NCBI GenBank assembly: GCA_964566535.1 | Contig: CAZMIO010000003.1 | Coordinates: 1 to 64,000 of the forward strand | Direction of reading: 5' to 3' | Source of the DNA: an uncultured Methanosarcinales archaeon | GTDB taxonomy: Archaea > Nanobdellota > Nanobdellia > Woesearchaeales > CAZOXR01 | Length of the DNA: 64,000 nucleotides | Shown here: positions 19,708 to 31,900 of the stretch, one piece after another | How positions within the stretch are numbered: position 1 is the first letter of the stretch | Layout: every line of letters begins with the position of its first letter | Notes under the pieces: model-generated | Told to the model about the DNA's origin: nothing | The model's input: only the letters and a program-made list of their open reading frames with translations | Databases searched by the model: none | Translations under genes and position numbers: made by a program

Positions 19708-20703
19708 ATGAATGTACCTCCAACAGCAAATCAATATACCATACCCGAAGAAGCTTTTAATGTATTTGGTGCATTTGAGGACGGATTTGAAAAACTATCA
19801 AAAGACGAAAAAAGAATCGCTGAGATAGAAGAGCATAAACCATTTCATGACCATTACTTAGATGTTTTAAGGCAAATTGGAGAAACTGTTGGAGTTACAG
19901 GAACAACATTATATAATCCTTTTGGAGGCATGGACATTCCGCATCAATTTGGGTTTTCTGATGATATCACTGATGTTTTCTCTCAAGGCAGAGAAAAATT
20001 TGGGAGTATGGAGGATATATCACATTATTTAAGATTTCCCCATCTATTTGGATTCCAAAATTTTGACATGGATCCAACTGGGTATAATGATAGAGTAAGT
20101 TGGGGAAAGCGAGCTTTAGATAGAATTGTATCTCTATTAAATTGCAGAATAACTGGGATTTATTTTTTTGAAGTTGAAGAATCTGGTGAATTTAGGTTTT
20201 ATAGAGAAGGCGAGGTTGATGAAGAAACCAAATACGGAAATGCAGTTGTGGAATTTGAAGACCCTGAAACTGAACAAACAAAACGTTTTTGGTACCTTAG
20301 GTACAAAATAGATTTCTATCATCCAGAGAAATCTGAACCTCTTGAATATCTTGCATTTGCAGAAAGAGTCCAATTCAGCACAATGCTCTTAAAAGCTGCT
20401 TCTCATTTTTGGTATGATCCGTTTCAAATAGATTTAAATTTTGGAGTTGTATTTGATCCAGCTCAGAGAAATGAAACAACAGTAATAACTGATCAAAATT
20501 GTAAAAAGTATGGCAGACCTAGAAGGATATGGAAAGAGGGATTTGTTCCAATGACAACGATTCTTGGTCTTGATGATGAAGCTAATCTCCTCAGTGGAAA
20601 AACAGCGTTTGGTTACAATCAAGAAGGCGAACTCTATTATGGTCACGCTTCAAATTTAATCACTAGGGATGATGTAACCAGAAGAAGTCAGGATTTTAGA
20701 TAA
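19708..20703 (+). CDS. Hypothetical protein
   Basis: 331-aa ORF, G/T-rich codons atypical for + strand. Confidence 0.65.
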   Translation: MNVPPTANQYTIPEEAFNVFGAFEDGFEKLSKDEKRIAEIEEHKPFHDHYLDVLRQIGETVGVTGTTLYNPFGGMDIPHQFGFSDDITDVFSQGREKFGSMEDISHYLRFPHLFGFQNFDMDPTGYNDRVSWGKRALDRIVSLLNCRITGIYFFEVEESGEFRFYREGEVDEETKYGNAVVEFEDPETEQTKRFWYLRYKIDFYHPEKSEPLEYLAFAERVQFSTMLLKAASHFWYDPFQIDLNFGVVFDPAQRNETTVITDQNCKKYGRPRRIWKEGFVPMTTILGLDDEANLLSGKTAFGYNQEGELYYGHASNLITRDDVTRRSQDFR

Positions 20704-20710
20704 TTATTTT

Positions 20711-21808
20711 TTATTTCTCCCCACCAATATCACTCTTCTTAATAACAAGAGTACCTCTAGAAGACTTAATTGACAACTCTTCCTTCTCGTTAAACTTTGT
20801 AATGTCAGTAACTAACTTTGGCAATAAAATCCTATCACCCCTAAAATCTAAGTTCGAAACAATCTCCTGAACTCTTCCACCAACTTTCTTAATTCCTAAA
20901 TCTTCAAATATCTTAGAAGTTCCAACCTTTTTTCCAGACTCAAACCTTGATTTAGTCTTTTCATAAAGATACTTTGCAATCTTCTCAGCAATATCTATCT
21001 TTGTAGACTCAGTTATTCCTTGTAGTCCAGGTGACAAATTCGCCTCAATAACTAATGGGCCCTTAGGACTCTCTAAAATGTCAACTGCACAAATATCAGC
21101 ACCAATGGCTTTTGCAGTCTGAACCGCAATCTTTTTTGTATGTGCATCTGGCTGATAAGGCTCTCCCTTCCCACCAGCATGAATGTTAGCTCTCTCTTCT
21201 CCTTTAACTGCCTTCCTCTTCATAGCAGCAACAACTTTATCTCCAATAACAATAACTCTAATATCAATACCGCCAGTCTCAACATACTCTTGAATGATAA
21301 ATGGCTGTCTTAATGCCGTCAAAGCATCAAGCATAGATGAAGCAGATGCAAAAGAATCCGCAAACATCACTCCCTTTCCTTGAGTTCCTTGCGGAAACTT
21401 CATTATAATTGGATAATTAACTTTCTCTAGAATCTTTTTAGCAGCTTCTGGAGTAGAAGTAATGTATGTCTTAGGCATCGGAATCTTATACCTTTGCAAA
21501 GCTAAATGTGTTAAAAGCTTGTCATGCCCAATATCAAAAGCCTCTGGCTTAAGTGGCATAAAAGTAGTATTATGCAATGTAGTAGCAATAGACCGGAGTA
21601 AAGGAGCAAACCTAAATGACCCCTTGGGATATATACAGTCATATTTGCTTAATGGCTCCCCGTTGTAAAGAACTTCAATACTTCCTGAACCTAAATTAAC
21701 TTCAATATTCTTCAAATTAATATCATCCACTTTATCAAAATACTTTTCCATAGCCTCAATAGTCCACTTTGAACTTATTGATCCCAATGATATTAGCGCG
21801 GCTCTCAT
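20711..21808 (-). CDS. RimK-family ATP-grasp ligase with C-terminal AbrB-like extension
   Basis: DKLLTHLAL, GTQGKGV, QEYVE, DIRV, RANIHAGG, EANLSPGL. Confidence 0.88.
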   Translation of the reverse strand: MRAALISLGSISSKWTIEAMEKYFDKVDDINLKNIEVNLGSGSIEVLYNGEPLSKYDCIYPKGSFRFAPLLRSIATTLHNTTFMPLKPEAFDIGHDKLLTHLALQRYKIPMPKTYITSTPEAAKKILEKVNYPIIMKFPQGTQGKGVMFADSFASASSMLDALTALRQPFIIQEYVETGGIDIRVIVIGDKVVAAMKRKAVKGEERANIHAGGKGEPYQPDAHTKKIAVQTAKAIGADICAVDILESPKGPLVIEANLSPGLQGITESTKIDIAEKIAKYLYEKTKSRFESGKKVGTSKIFEDLGIKKVGGRVQEIVSNLDFRGDRILLPKLVTDITKFNEKEELSIKSSRGTLVIKKSDIGGEK

Positions 21809-21815
21809 TTTTATC

Positions 21816-22172
21816 TTAATCCTGTGCAGGGTCTACCAAAAACCCTTTTTTCAGTAAATTTTGTCCAATCAAAACCATATATTTCATATGGCTTCTATCA
21901 GCCAGACTAAATTCCCCTTTTAACTTCTTTCCAGCTAACTTCACACTAGCCTCAATAACTGGCCTAAGCTTATTTCCACTTGCAGACTTAACTAATTTTG
22001 ACTTAATTATTGGCCCTAAGTTCAAATCAGCTGCAAGATCAACATCAATTGAGCTTTTTGTAGCCCCAGTGTCAATTCTAGCTGATAAAGTTTTATCCTC
22101 TTTTTTATTGCCAAGAATAGTCACTTTTTCGGTTAAACCAATGACCTTCTTCCCCTTAAATTCTTTCACCAT
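21816..22172 (-). CDS. RimK-associated retropepsin-like protease
   Basis: ARIDTGATKSSI, LADRSHMKYMVLIG; adjacent to rimK-like gene. Confidence 0.85.
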   Translation of the reverse strand: MVKEFKGKKVIGLTEKVTILGNKKEDKTLSARIDTGATKSSIDVDLAADLNLGPIIKSKLVKSASGNKLRPVIEASVKLAGKKLKGEFSLADRSHMKYMVLIGQNLLKKGFLVDPAQD

Positions 22173-22234
22173 CTTTCGTATTCTAGAAATCTCCGTGCTA
22201 TTTAAGGCTTTCTATACTTGCTTTTAAGCTATAT

Positions 22235-22363
22235 TCCTACAAATTAAGTATATTTAATAGAATAATATATAATTAAGTTAGAATAATCCTACAAATTAAG
22301 TTATAATTGGGTAATAAATCATCAAAATATGGCAAAGTTTATATATAGTCCTACAAATTAAGT
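22235..22363 (+). promoter_or_regulatory. Three identical 15-bp boxes TCCTACAAATTAAGT around a TATA box
   Basis: At 22235, 22287, 22349; TTTATATA at ~22338-22345. Confidence 0.7.
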
Positions 22364-22381
22364 AAATTAAGTGTAAAATAA

Positions 22382-22936
22382 TTGGAAAAAATCAGTAAAA
22401 TCATCAAAAAAGAGGCAAATCTATACAATTACCCTAATGATAAGACCAAAATTTTTGGATTATACCTTAAAAACATCGAAGAATTTGACGAAATCAACCA
22501 AAAAACAGACACTTTACAACAAAAGTTCAATTTGAGCTCAGACGAAATTCTAGATTTCTTAGACCAAAAAAACAACTTAGCTTACATCCCAATAAGCATA
22601 TTCAACAACAAATTAGCTCCTTTAGAAGCAGTAGTTCTATTCCTAAAAAACACATTAAAGTTCAAATTTCAAAAAATTTCCTACTTACTTAACAGAGATC
22701 AAAGAACAATTTGGTATACTCACAAAAAAGCAACAAAAAAAGACGTCAAATTAAACATTTCTTCAAAAATATTGGTAGACATCTCAATATTCGGAGACAG
22801 AAAATTCTCAATTCTTGAAAGCTTAGTTGCACATCTCAAAGATTCCCTTTCACTTAAACAAATCGCCAAACTAATTGGCAAATCCTACAAGACAATCTGG
22901 ACAGTTGATAGCAGATACAAAAAGAAAAATGAATAA
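22382..22936 (+). CDS. Duplicated-HTH DNA-binding protein
   Basis: Two repeats: SIF..LEAVVLFLK..ISYLLNRDQRTIW and SIF..LESLVAHLK..IAKLIGKSYKTIW. Confidence 0.75.
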   Translation: MEKISKIIKKEANLYNYPNDKTKIFGLYLKNIEEFDEINQKTDTLQQKFNLSSDEILDFLDQKNNLAYIPISIFNNKLAPLEAVVLFLKNTLKFKFQKISYLLNRDQRTIWYTHKKATKKDVKLNISSKILVDISIFGDRKFSILESLVAHLKDSLSLKQIAKLIGKSYKTIWTVDSRYKKKNE

Positions 22937-25900
22937 GCATACAAAAGAAGTGATGTTAGTAAGTACATTCTTCCTATTGTTATTCTTATCATTATTCTAC
23001 TTACAGCCATCCTTCACTGGATCAATAGTTCAAGAACAACAATTAAACTATTCTGAAAACTTAAATCTAGAGTTCGCTGATAGTTCTAATTATGTATGGG
23101 AACCTGATAATATCGGAGAACTAAGAAACCTAGAACTAAGCGGAATCATAACCTCCGGAACCAACGCAAAAGTATACCTAGAAAACAACGGATTAACTTA
23201 CTTAGTCTTAGACACATCTCAATTAGATAAATCTGGATTACCGTCAATTACTGGTTTAGTTGTTTTAAATGAAACAAACAATACAATAAACAAAACCACA
23301 TCAATAAATAAAACAATAACCAATGAAACTAACGAAACATTAACTATCAATCAAACTTTAATCAACGAAACAACCCCAATCACTAACCAAACAACACCAA
23401 TAACTAATCAATCATTAGAAAACCAAACTTTAGTTAACCAAACAACAATAACAAAAACAATAACCTCATCACTAACCTACCAAGACAACTCAGCATTCGA
23501 CCAAAACAACGACGGTATCGAAACTACAACAGGAGTTATTGACTTCAAACTAAATTCAAACTTCAACTGGAACGTAGACCACAACAAACTTTGCACCAAA
23601 TACGAAATCTACTCAGAAGAAAATCAAACATCAACTTTAACATGCTACGGATCAACACAATGCTGCTCATTAGTCGACCTAACACCAGAAAAAGATTCTT
23701 GGAATGAAACATTATACTTAAACTTAGGAAAATACGACTCAACATCAAACAACTTAGTCTCATCACAAACAATCTACGCAAACTACAGTTTAGCAGTAGA
23801 AAACCCTTACTCAGAAATCATTACCTCAAATTCAAACATCCTAAGTGCAAAATTCCTAGAAAACCAAATACCATTCAACAACATCTGCATTGACACATGC
23901 TTACTCTCAAACCTAAACTCCCCATCCTACAACTTAATAATTAACATAACTAATGGCTCAATAAACCTAAACAAGATAGATTATTCAATAATTGAAACAA
24001 TTCAAAACATAGCCGAGAACCTAACCCAAGATACACTAACAACAAAAGAAAGAGTCACAATTGGTAAACCGGTAAAATGGATTAAGAAAATAAAACTAAA
24101 AGAAAGCTCAAACTTAACAATTAAAGTTCCAGAATCAGCTACAAAAATCTCAATAATAAAAATTGAAAACAATACCAAGAAAGAAATTAAAAAAGAAAAC
24201 CTAAATTTCAAAGACAAAACAAAGAAACAGAACCTTATAACTGGAGCAGCCACTACAAACTTAGAACTAATTGAAAACCAGACAGAAATAATAATAACAG
24301 AACCAATTGAAGAACTAGAAATAGAATACGAAACACCAGGACCACAAGCAATTGAAGAAAACATCAACGAAAACAAAAAGAAGATAGTAATCTCTTCAGA
24401 CATCCATTACGAAAACATCCTAGCATTTACACAATTACCAAAAGAAGTGGGTGAACAAGCATTAAAACTTTATTGGATAGTGAACAATTCAAAACAACAA
24501 ATCAACTTCAATGCTTACGACTTAAACAACAACAACTTAATTGATTACATAGAATGGACAGTTCCTCATTTAAGCAACCAAACATACGAATTAGAAATTG
24601 TTGTATTAAACATCCATTCCTACCCACCATTAGGTGGAAACTGGACAGTTATGTTCAACACATCTGGAACTGGCAACCTAACAATAACAGCAACACAAGG
24701 AACAACTTACTCTGAAATGTTCAACGATAACCAATCAACTTCTAATGATTTAGAAATCCTAGAATTAAAATGTGGAGATAACATCCTATTCAACAAATAT
24801 GATAATCTTAATGCCAACAACACATTTATTTTACTAAATGACAACTCTAAAACTAAACTAACCGACACAACTAACCAATCATTAGCAGTAAACGGATTAT
24901 TTGTAGAAAACTATAATTGTGATAACAAAACAGCCTACCACACAATAAAAGAACTAACAACTGGTAGCCATTACCAATTATTAAATTTCTCAGGACAATT
25001 AGCAAATGCCCAAAACCTAGTAACGGTACATAACTGGAATAATAAGACAATTGACACTTCTGGAAATCATTCCTGGCCTACTGATTTAGTTGCTCCAGAT
25101 CCGAATACAATATACATTGCTTATCTAAATAAAACGGATGAAGCGGTAATATTTGCAAATTCTAGTGATGGAGGAGAAACATGGTCAACTAAATATCTAC
25201 ATGATGCTAATTGGCAGAATACCGGATCTATAAGCATTGATGCAATTAACAGGAGCCATATCTATTTAACATTCAATAATCAAACAGGTCCTTGGCTTAC
25301 TTACTCCACTGATTTTGGACAAACATGGGACTCTAAAAGGGCCGATACCTCCAATGATCAAAAGGGATTAGATATTGAGGTACTTGATGAAAACAATATA
25401 TTCATAGTATACGATGATGCTGGTAATGATGTTAGAGTACTAAACACTAGCGATGGTGGGGATACATGGTCAGAAGTTGAAGCTTGGGATTCTCTTACTC
25501 TTAATCCTTATGGTATTTCTACGGATGTTCTAAACAAAAGTCATATATATATTGCCGCTGCAAATTTTACAAATGGGGATCTAGTATTCATCAAATCAAC
25601 TGATGGCGGTAGAAATTGGATTAATCGTTCGATTTATGACAATTGGGGTAGAGACCCAATAATAAAAGTAGTAGATGAAAACAACATACATATTGCATTT
25701 GTAGATGGGTCTGGTACTGGTGATGTTTATTTAACTTCAACCACTGATGGGGGGGACACATGGAATGCATTACCAGTAACTTCATCAAATCAGGAAAGAT
25801 ATATTGACATGGACATCCTCAGCAACGATATTATGTTTATCAGTTATTTTAATGATTCAAACGACAACCTTGGTATTGCTAAAACAATTGATGGTGGATC

Positions 25901-28900
25901 AACTTGGACGCATGAATCTATCGATACCGAGGGTGATGTTGGTAGATGGACATCAATTGATGCAGTTGGTGAAGATAATGTATTTATTGCTTATATCAAT
26001 GACGATGAAGACGCCTTAAGGTTCGCAAGAACAAATGTTTCACTCAACTTCTCATTTACATTAAATTCGCCAGCAGATAATCTATTCAGTTCCAACACCA
26101 CAATCATCTTCAACTGGACAGTTATTAATAATCTGGATTCAACTTTTGAATGCAACTTAACAATTAACAACCTAGTAAACATATCAAATGTACTAACAAC
26201 AAGCAGAATCGCAACTAATGTTACAGTAACTGGGTTCAATATAAGCACACACAACTGGAACATTACATGTATAGATGATATAGGGAATACAAATTCATCT
26301 GAGACAAGATCCTTCAGCATAGATACAGCACCACGCTCCTCAGATTCAGCAAATTTAAATGAATGGAGAATGGATGGAAGAACTTTAAACGGAACCCATT
26401 ATTATCCAGGTGCTATCCCCGATGATATTTCTCAGTTAGAAGTAAGATCTTATGCAGCAGGAGCTTCTACTCAGGATATGTCTATTGCTGATGGATATTT
26501 ATGGGCAGCCCCACTTAGATTAGGTTTAGTAAAACTAAATGCCACTAATGTTAGTCAATTAATTGATGAAGGTGCAGACCATGACCTTTTCAGAACCCTT
26601 GTATCTCCTGTTTGGGATAATTTTGTTTATGCTGGATCAGAGAGTGGTGCCATCTACCAATATAACACTTCTAATCTATCCCATATTATTGCTACCAACA
26701 CCCTTTCAAATGCACAACATTACAGCTCTCCAATAGTATATGAAAGATACGTTTATTTCACTGACTGGCATGGTACTGGCGGCAACTTCATATACCAAGC
26801 AAATGCTAGCAATGTCTCCCAAATAATTAACAGCTTTTCATTTAGTAGTTGTAAAAACGCTCCAATAATCTACATGGGTTACCTATATCATGGTTGTGGC
26901 AGTACATTCCTTCAACTAAATGCAACTAACGTCTCCATAGAAATAGCCAGATATAGTGCAGGGGGATCGTTTGACACAGGTATTGGTTTTGCAGCTGCAA
27001 ATGGTTATGTATATCTCGGTAATGATGATGATAAGTTTTATCAACTCAATGCTTCAAATGTTAGTATAAAAATTGCAGATTACACAACTGGTGGCGATAT
27101 AGACGGTTCACCTGCAGTTGCAAATGGATTTGTTTACATAGGCAGCAATGATGGCTATACTTATCAACTGAATGCTTCAAATGTCAGCCAGCAAATTGCA
27201 AATTATAGCACTGGAGCAGTTAATGATGGTGTATCAGTTACAGATGACTATTTATTAGTCGGAGGCAATGGAGCAGTATGGCAGCTAGAAGCTTCAGACA
27301 TCAGCCAGTTTGTTGCTAATTATACAATAAGTGGTCCTGGAACACCGACTATAGCTGGAGGAATCATCTATTTCAGCTCAGGATCTACATATTACCAATT
27401 GGGTACAGGTGAGCCTGTTACAACACTTAATGCTCCTGATGATAATTATGAATTTGGTCAATCATTAGTTAATGTATCCTTCAATTGCTCAGCATATGAT
27501 GGTATTGGATTAAAAAATATAAGTTTATTTTTAACTAATAGCTCCAATCAAAGCTTTAGCTTAAATCAATCATCAACTCTCGCAAGTACAACTAATTCAA
27601 GTGCTTGGACAGTAGAACTTGCAGAAGGCAACTATACTTGGAATTGTCTAACATTTGATACTGACGGAAAATTCGATTGGGCTACAAATAGATCTATGGG
27701 CTCTGACAGAACCATACCTACAATAACAATAGACACACCAGCAAACAACACATTTACGATTGATAATAATTTAGATATTAACTATACAGTTACAGATCAA
27801 AATCCAGACTCTTGCTGGTACAGCAATGACTCAATGACTACAAATACCTCACTTACTAATTGTACAACAAATATTGTCTCAGTAACTTGGACTGAAAAAC
27901 AACATAATGTTACAATTTGGGTCAATGACACAGTTGGAAACATAGGCAATGCTTCAGTAACTTTCACTATAGACGACACAAACCCCTCATTTACAAATAT
28001 CTCAAATCAAACAGCAGAGTATGGAACTGCGTTAGGCTACGATATAAATGCAACTGACTCAGTTGGTGTCAATTGTTTCACTGTTAACGACACAACTAAT
28101 TTCAAGATTAATTGTTCCGGATTTTTAGAAAATAATACTGTTTTGGGACTTAACTTATACTCATTAAACATAACCATTAACGATTCAGCAGGAAATCTAA
28201 ATTTAAGCTTAATGTGGGTTAACGTTTCAGATACAACACCACCTAACTTTACAAGTATTTTAAACCAATCAATCTTTGATTTGGACGCATTAGCCTACGA
28301 TATAAACGCTTCAGATATACATAATGTCAGCTGCTTTGGAGTAAATGACAGCTCATTCAAGATTAACTGCTCAGGTTACTTGGAGAACAATACTGCACTA
28401 AACACTACAGCATATTGGTTGAATATCTCTGTAAATGATTCATCTGGAAATTTTAACTATGAATTTATGTGGGTTAACATTACACTTAAACCAGTGATTG
28501 GTTTGGAGTTAATTGCACCTACAAAAAATATGAATGCAACTCAAGGAGTATTCTTTAATGTAACTGTAAATATAAGCTGTAGTAGAGCTGATTGTGACGA
28601 AATTAATGTCAGTTTAGACCCTTTTAATACATTAATATTCCAAGATGAGTTTGAAAGAACAGATCTTGGTGGTAATTGGACAGCCAGTGGAAGCGGAACA
28701 TGGGAAACTTCTACAACCTGTACAGAACTTGGAACCTATTCTATGAGACATGGAGGTTCTTTAGGAACTGTCACTTCAAAAGTTATTGATCTAAGTGGTT
28801 ATGATGCTGTTAATTTCAGTTATTGGGTCAAAGAGGCTGATGGCTGCGCAAATGCTCCAGAAAGCGGAGATGATTTCTCCGTAGAGTATTATAATAGCTC

Positions 28901-31900
28901 CGGATCATGGGTTGAACTAAATAGCCTAATTGGAGGCTCACCATATTATAAAGACGTAGTTATACATAATCTTTCATCAGATGCATTCCATGCAGATTTC
29001 CAGATAAGATTTAATGCAGCTGGAACTGCAGGAAACTATGATTATTGGAATATTGATAATCTTAACATAACTGGCAGACCTATTAAGAATGGATTAGTGT
29101 CAATGAGCACATCAGCAGTCCCTTTCTACACAAATACCACAAATCCTTTCAATATCACATTAAGCAATGGTTCATCCTCATTAATAACTTGGTCAGTTAA
29201 TGCAACTGGCGACCCTAACTCGATCCACGAGTTCTATGTATATGCAAACAAAACATCAAAATTATCACTAAGCAACTTAACTCAAATATGGAATGTTACA
29301 ATTATAGCTGCTATTAATGACTTCACATCACCAACAATACCTAATTTAACTGATCCATCTCCAATAGATAACCTAAACACAACCAATACTACATTTAACT
29401 TTAACTGGACTGTAACTGATGAAGCCGATTTAAGCCTATCATGCGATCTCGTAATAAATGGAGATACTAATGGAAGTAGCATTGCAACTCCAAATGCAAC
29501 TGGAGCTAACTACACCGTAACCGGTTTCAATGACGGAACATATGTATGGAATGTTACTTGCACCGATGACGGCTCAAACTCAAACACCTCGGTAACAAGA
29601 ACATTTACAGTAGATACATTTCAACCAGTTATAACCTTGGACATTCCAGCAAATAACACCTGGCAGAAAGATGGCAACGTTACCATAAAGTACACAACAA
29701 CTGATTCCAATCTAGATTCTTGCATCTTATACGGCAACTTCAATGGTTCATGGCTGGCAAACCAAACAAACACCAGCGTTACCTCGGGAGTTCAAGATAC
29801 ATTCAACCTAAATCTAACAAACGGCACCTACTTATGGAACGTCTGGTGTAATGATACATTGGGTAACGAAGGGTTCAATAACACCTACAATTCAACCTTC
29901 TATATAGACACAATACTGCCAGCAATAACATTAAATGGTCCAATCCAAAACTTCAACACATCGGCATCAAACATAGAATTCAACTGGACAGCAATCGATA
30001 ACCTAGACCCATCATTATTATGTAATTTAACTATTAACGACCTAGTAAATGAATCACTCATTTCTTCAAACAACGGCACAAACACAAACATAACAGTAAC
30101 AGGATTCCAAGATGGCTCTTACCTCTGGAACATAACTTGCATTGACAACACAACTAACATAAATACTTCAATAACAAGAAATTTAACAGTAGATCTAACA
30201 GCCCCACAACTATACTTTGATGCATCAACCTTAAATGCTTCAACATACTACTCACAAAACTACATATTTGTAAATGTAAGTGTTACAGAAACAAACTTAA
30301 AAAACATAACTTACTACCTATATAATTCCTCAGGCCTAGAAATCAATCAAACCTATACTTCTCAAACATTCACTCATAACTTCACTTCATTAAAAGATGG
30401 TGCCTACTCAATTAACGTTACAATCTTTGACCAAGCCGGAAATTCAAACTCAACTCCAACAAGAACTGATATAATCTTAGATACATTATATCCTGCAATA
30501 GAATTTGTAAACCTTACACCAGAGAACAACACCTACCAATTAGAAACATACGTGATCATAAATACAACAATAACAGAAACAAACTTAAAAGAAGTAAAAT
30601 ACGGCTGGAACAATACTAACTATACAATGTACAACGATTCTTTAGTATTAATGATGAACTTTGATAATGTTTCTTCTTTGGGTGAAAACAATACATATGT
30701 TGTGGATATAAGTGGAAACGATTATAATGGAACAGCACTAAACGGTCCAGTGATAAATTCAACTGGAAAATACACTGGAGCAATTCATTTTGATGGGGAT
30801 GATGATCACCTACAAATACCAACCATAACCTTTGCTAATGATTTTGCAATTTCTTTTTGGTGGAATATTAATCACGATAGTAAATATCGTTTTGCTATAT
30901 CTGAAGATTCCACAGGATCATCTGTTAAGATTGGACATAATGACGATGGATCAAATTTCTTTGTACGTGTCATAAATGGTGGTTCATCCGACACGTCTGT
31001 GTCTTTGCCAAGCGAAAATGAATGGCACTATATCACTGTTGTGAGGGATTCATCTGATAAAGTAGATCTATATATAGATGATTCTACACCAACTAGGCTA
31101 TTCTCTGATGCCGCACAAAACGGAAATTCAGTCTGGTCTGTTATTGGTAGGGGAGCTTCTGATCTAGGACAATACATTAATGGAACTCTCGATGAATTAC
31201 GCATATGGAATAGAACATTAAATGCAAACCAAGTCTACCAACAATACATCTCAAACCTAAAGAAAATAGACACAGATAAATGGGAATTATATGTAAACCA
31301 AAGCAAGAACTCAACCGTAGGATTAGAAAATGGGAGTTACACATATCAAGTTATTGCATCCGATATTGCAGAAAACACAAACTCAACTGAAGAAAGAACA
31401 ATAATAATAGACACAACACCTCCGACAATAAACCTGGACCTGCCATTAAACAACACATGGCAAAATGACGAAAGTGTTGCATTCAAATATACTCCAACAG
31501 ATCCTGCAGGCATAGACACATGCACTTTATACGGAAACTTCAACGGCTCTTGGCTCTCAAATGAATCAGATTCTTCAGTAGCATCAGCTTCACAATCAAC
31601 ATTCAACATTAACTTGAGTGATGGAATCTACATATGGAACGTCTTATGCAACGATACAGCAGGCAGTTCAGCCTTCAATTCAACCAACTTAACAATCAAC
31701 ATAGACACACTCCCTCCAACAATCAACCTATCAGCACCAGTTAACGAATATAATTCCTCCAACTCATCAGTACAATTCAACTGGACAGCAATTGATAACC
31801 TCGACATAAACCTAACTTGTAACTTGACAATAAACAACCAAGTAAATGTATCATTAATAGAATCAACTAACAACTCAATAATGAACATAAGTGTATCCGG

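Noticed and set aside
22235..22363. Mini-CRISPR from three identical repeats
   Set aside because: Repeats are only 15 bp, spacings unequal, one spacer holds a TATA box; operator is the simpler reading.
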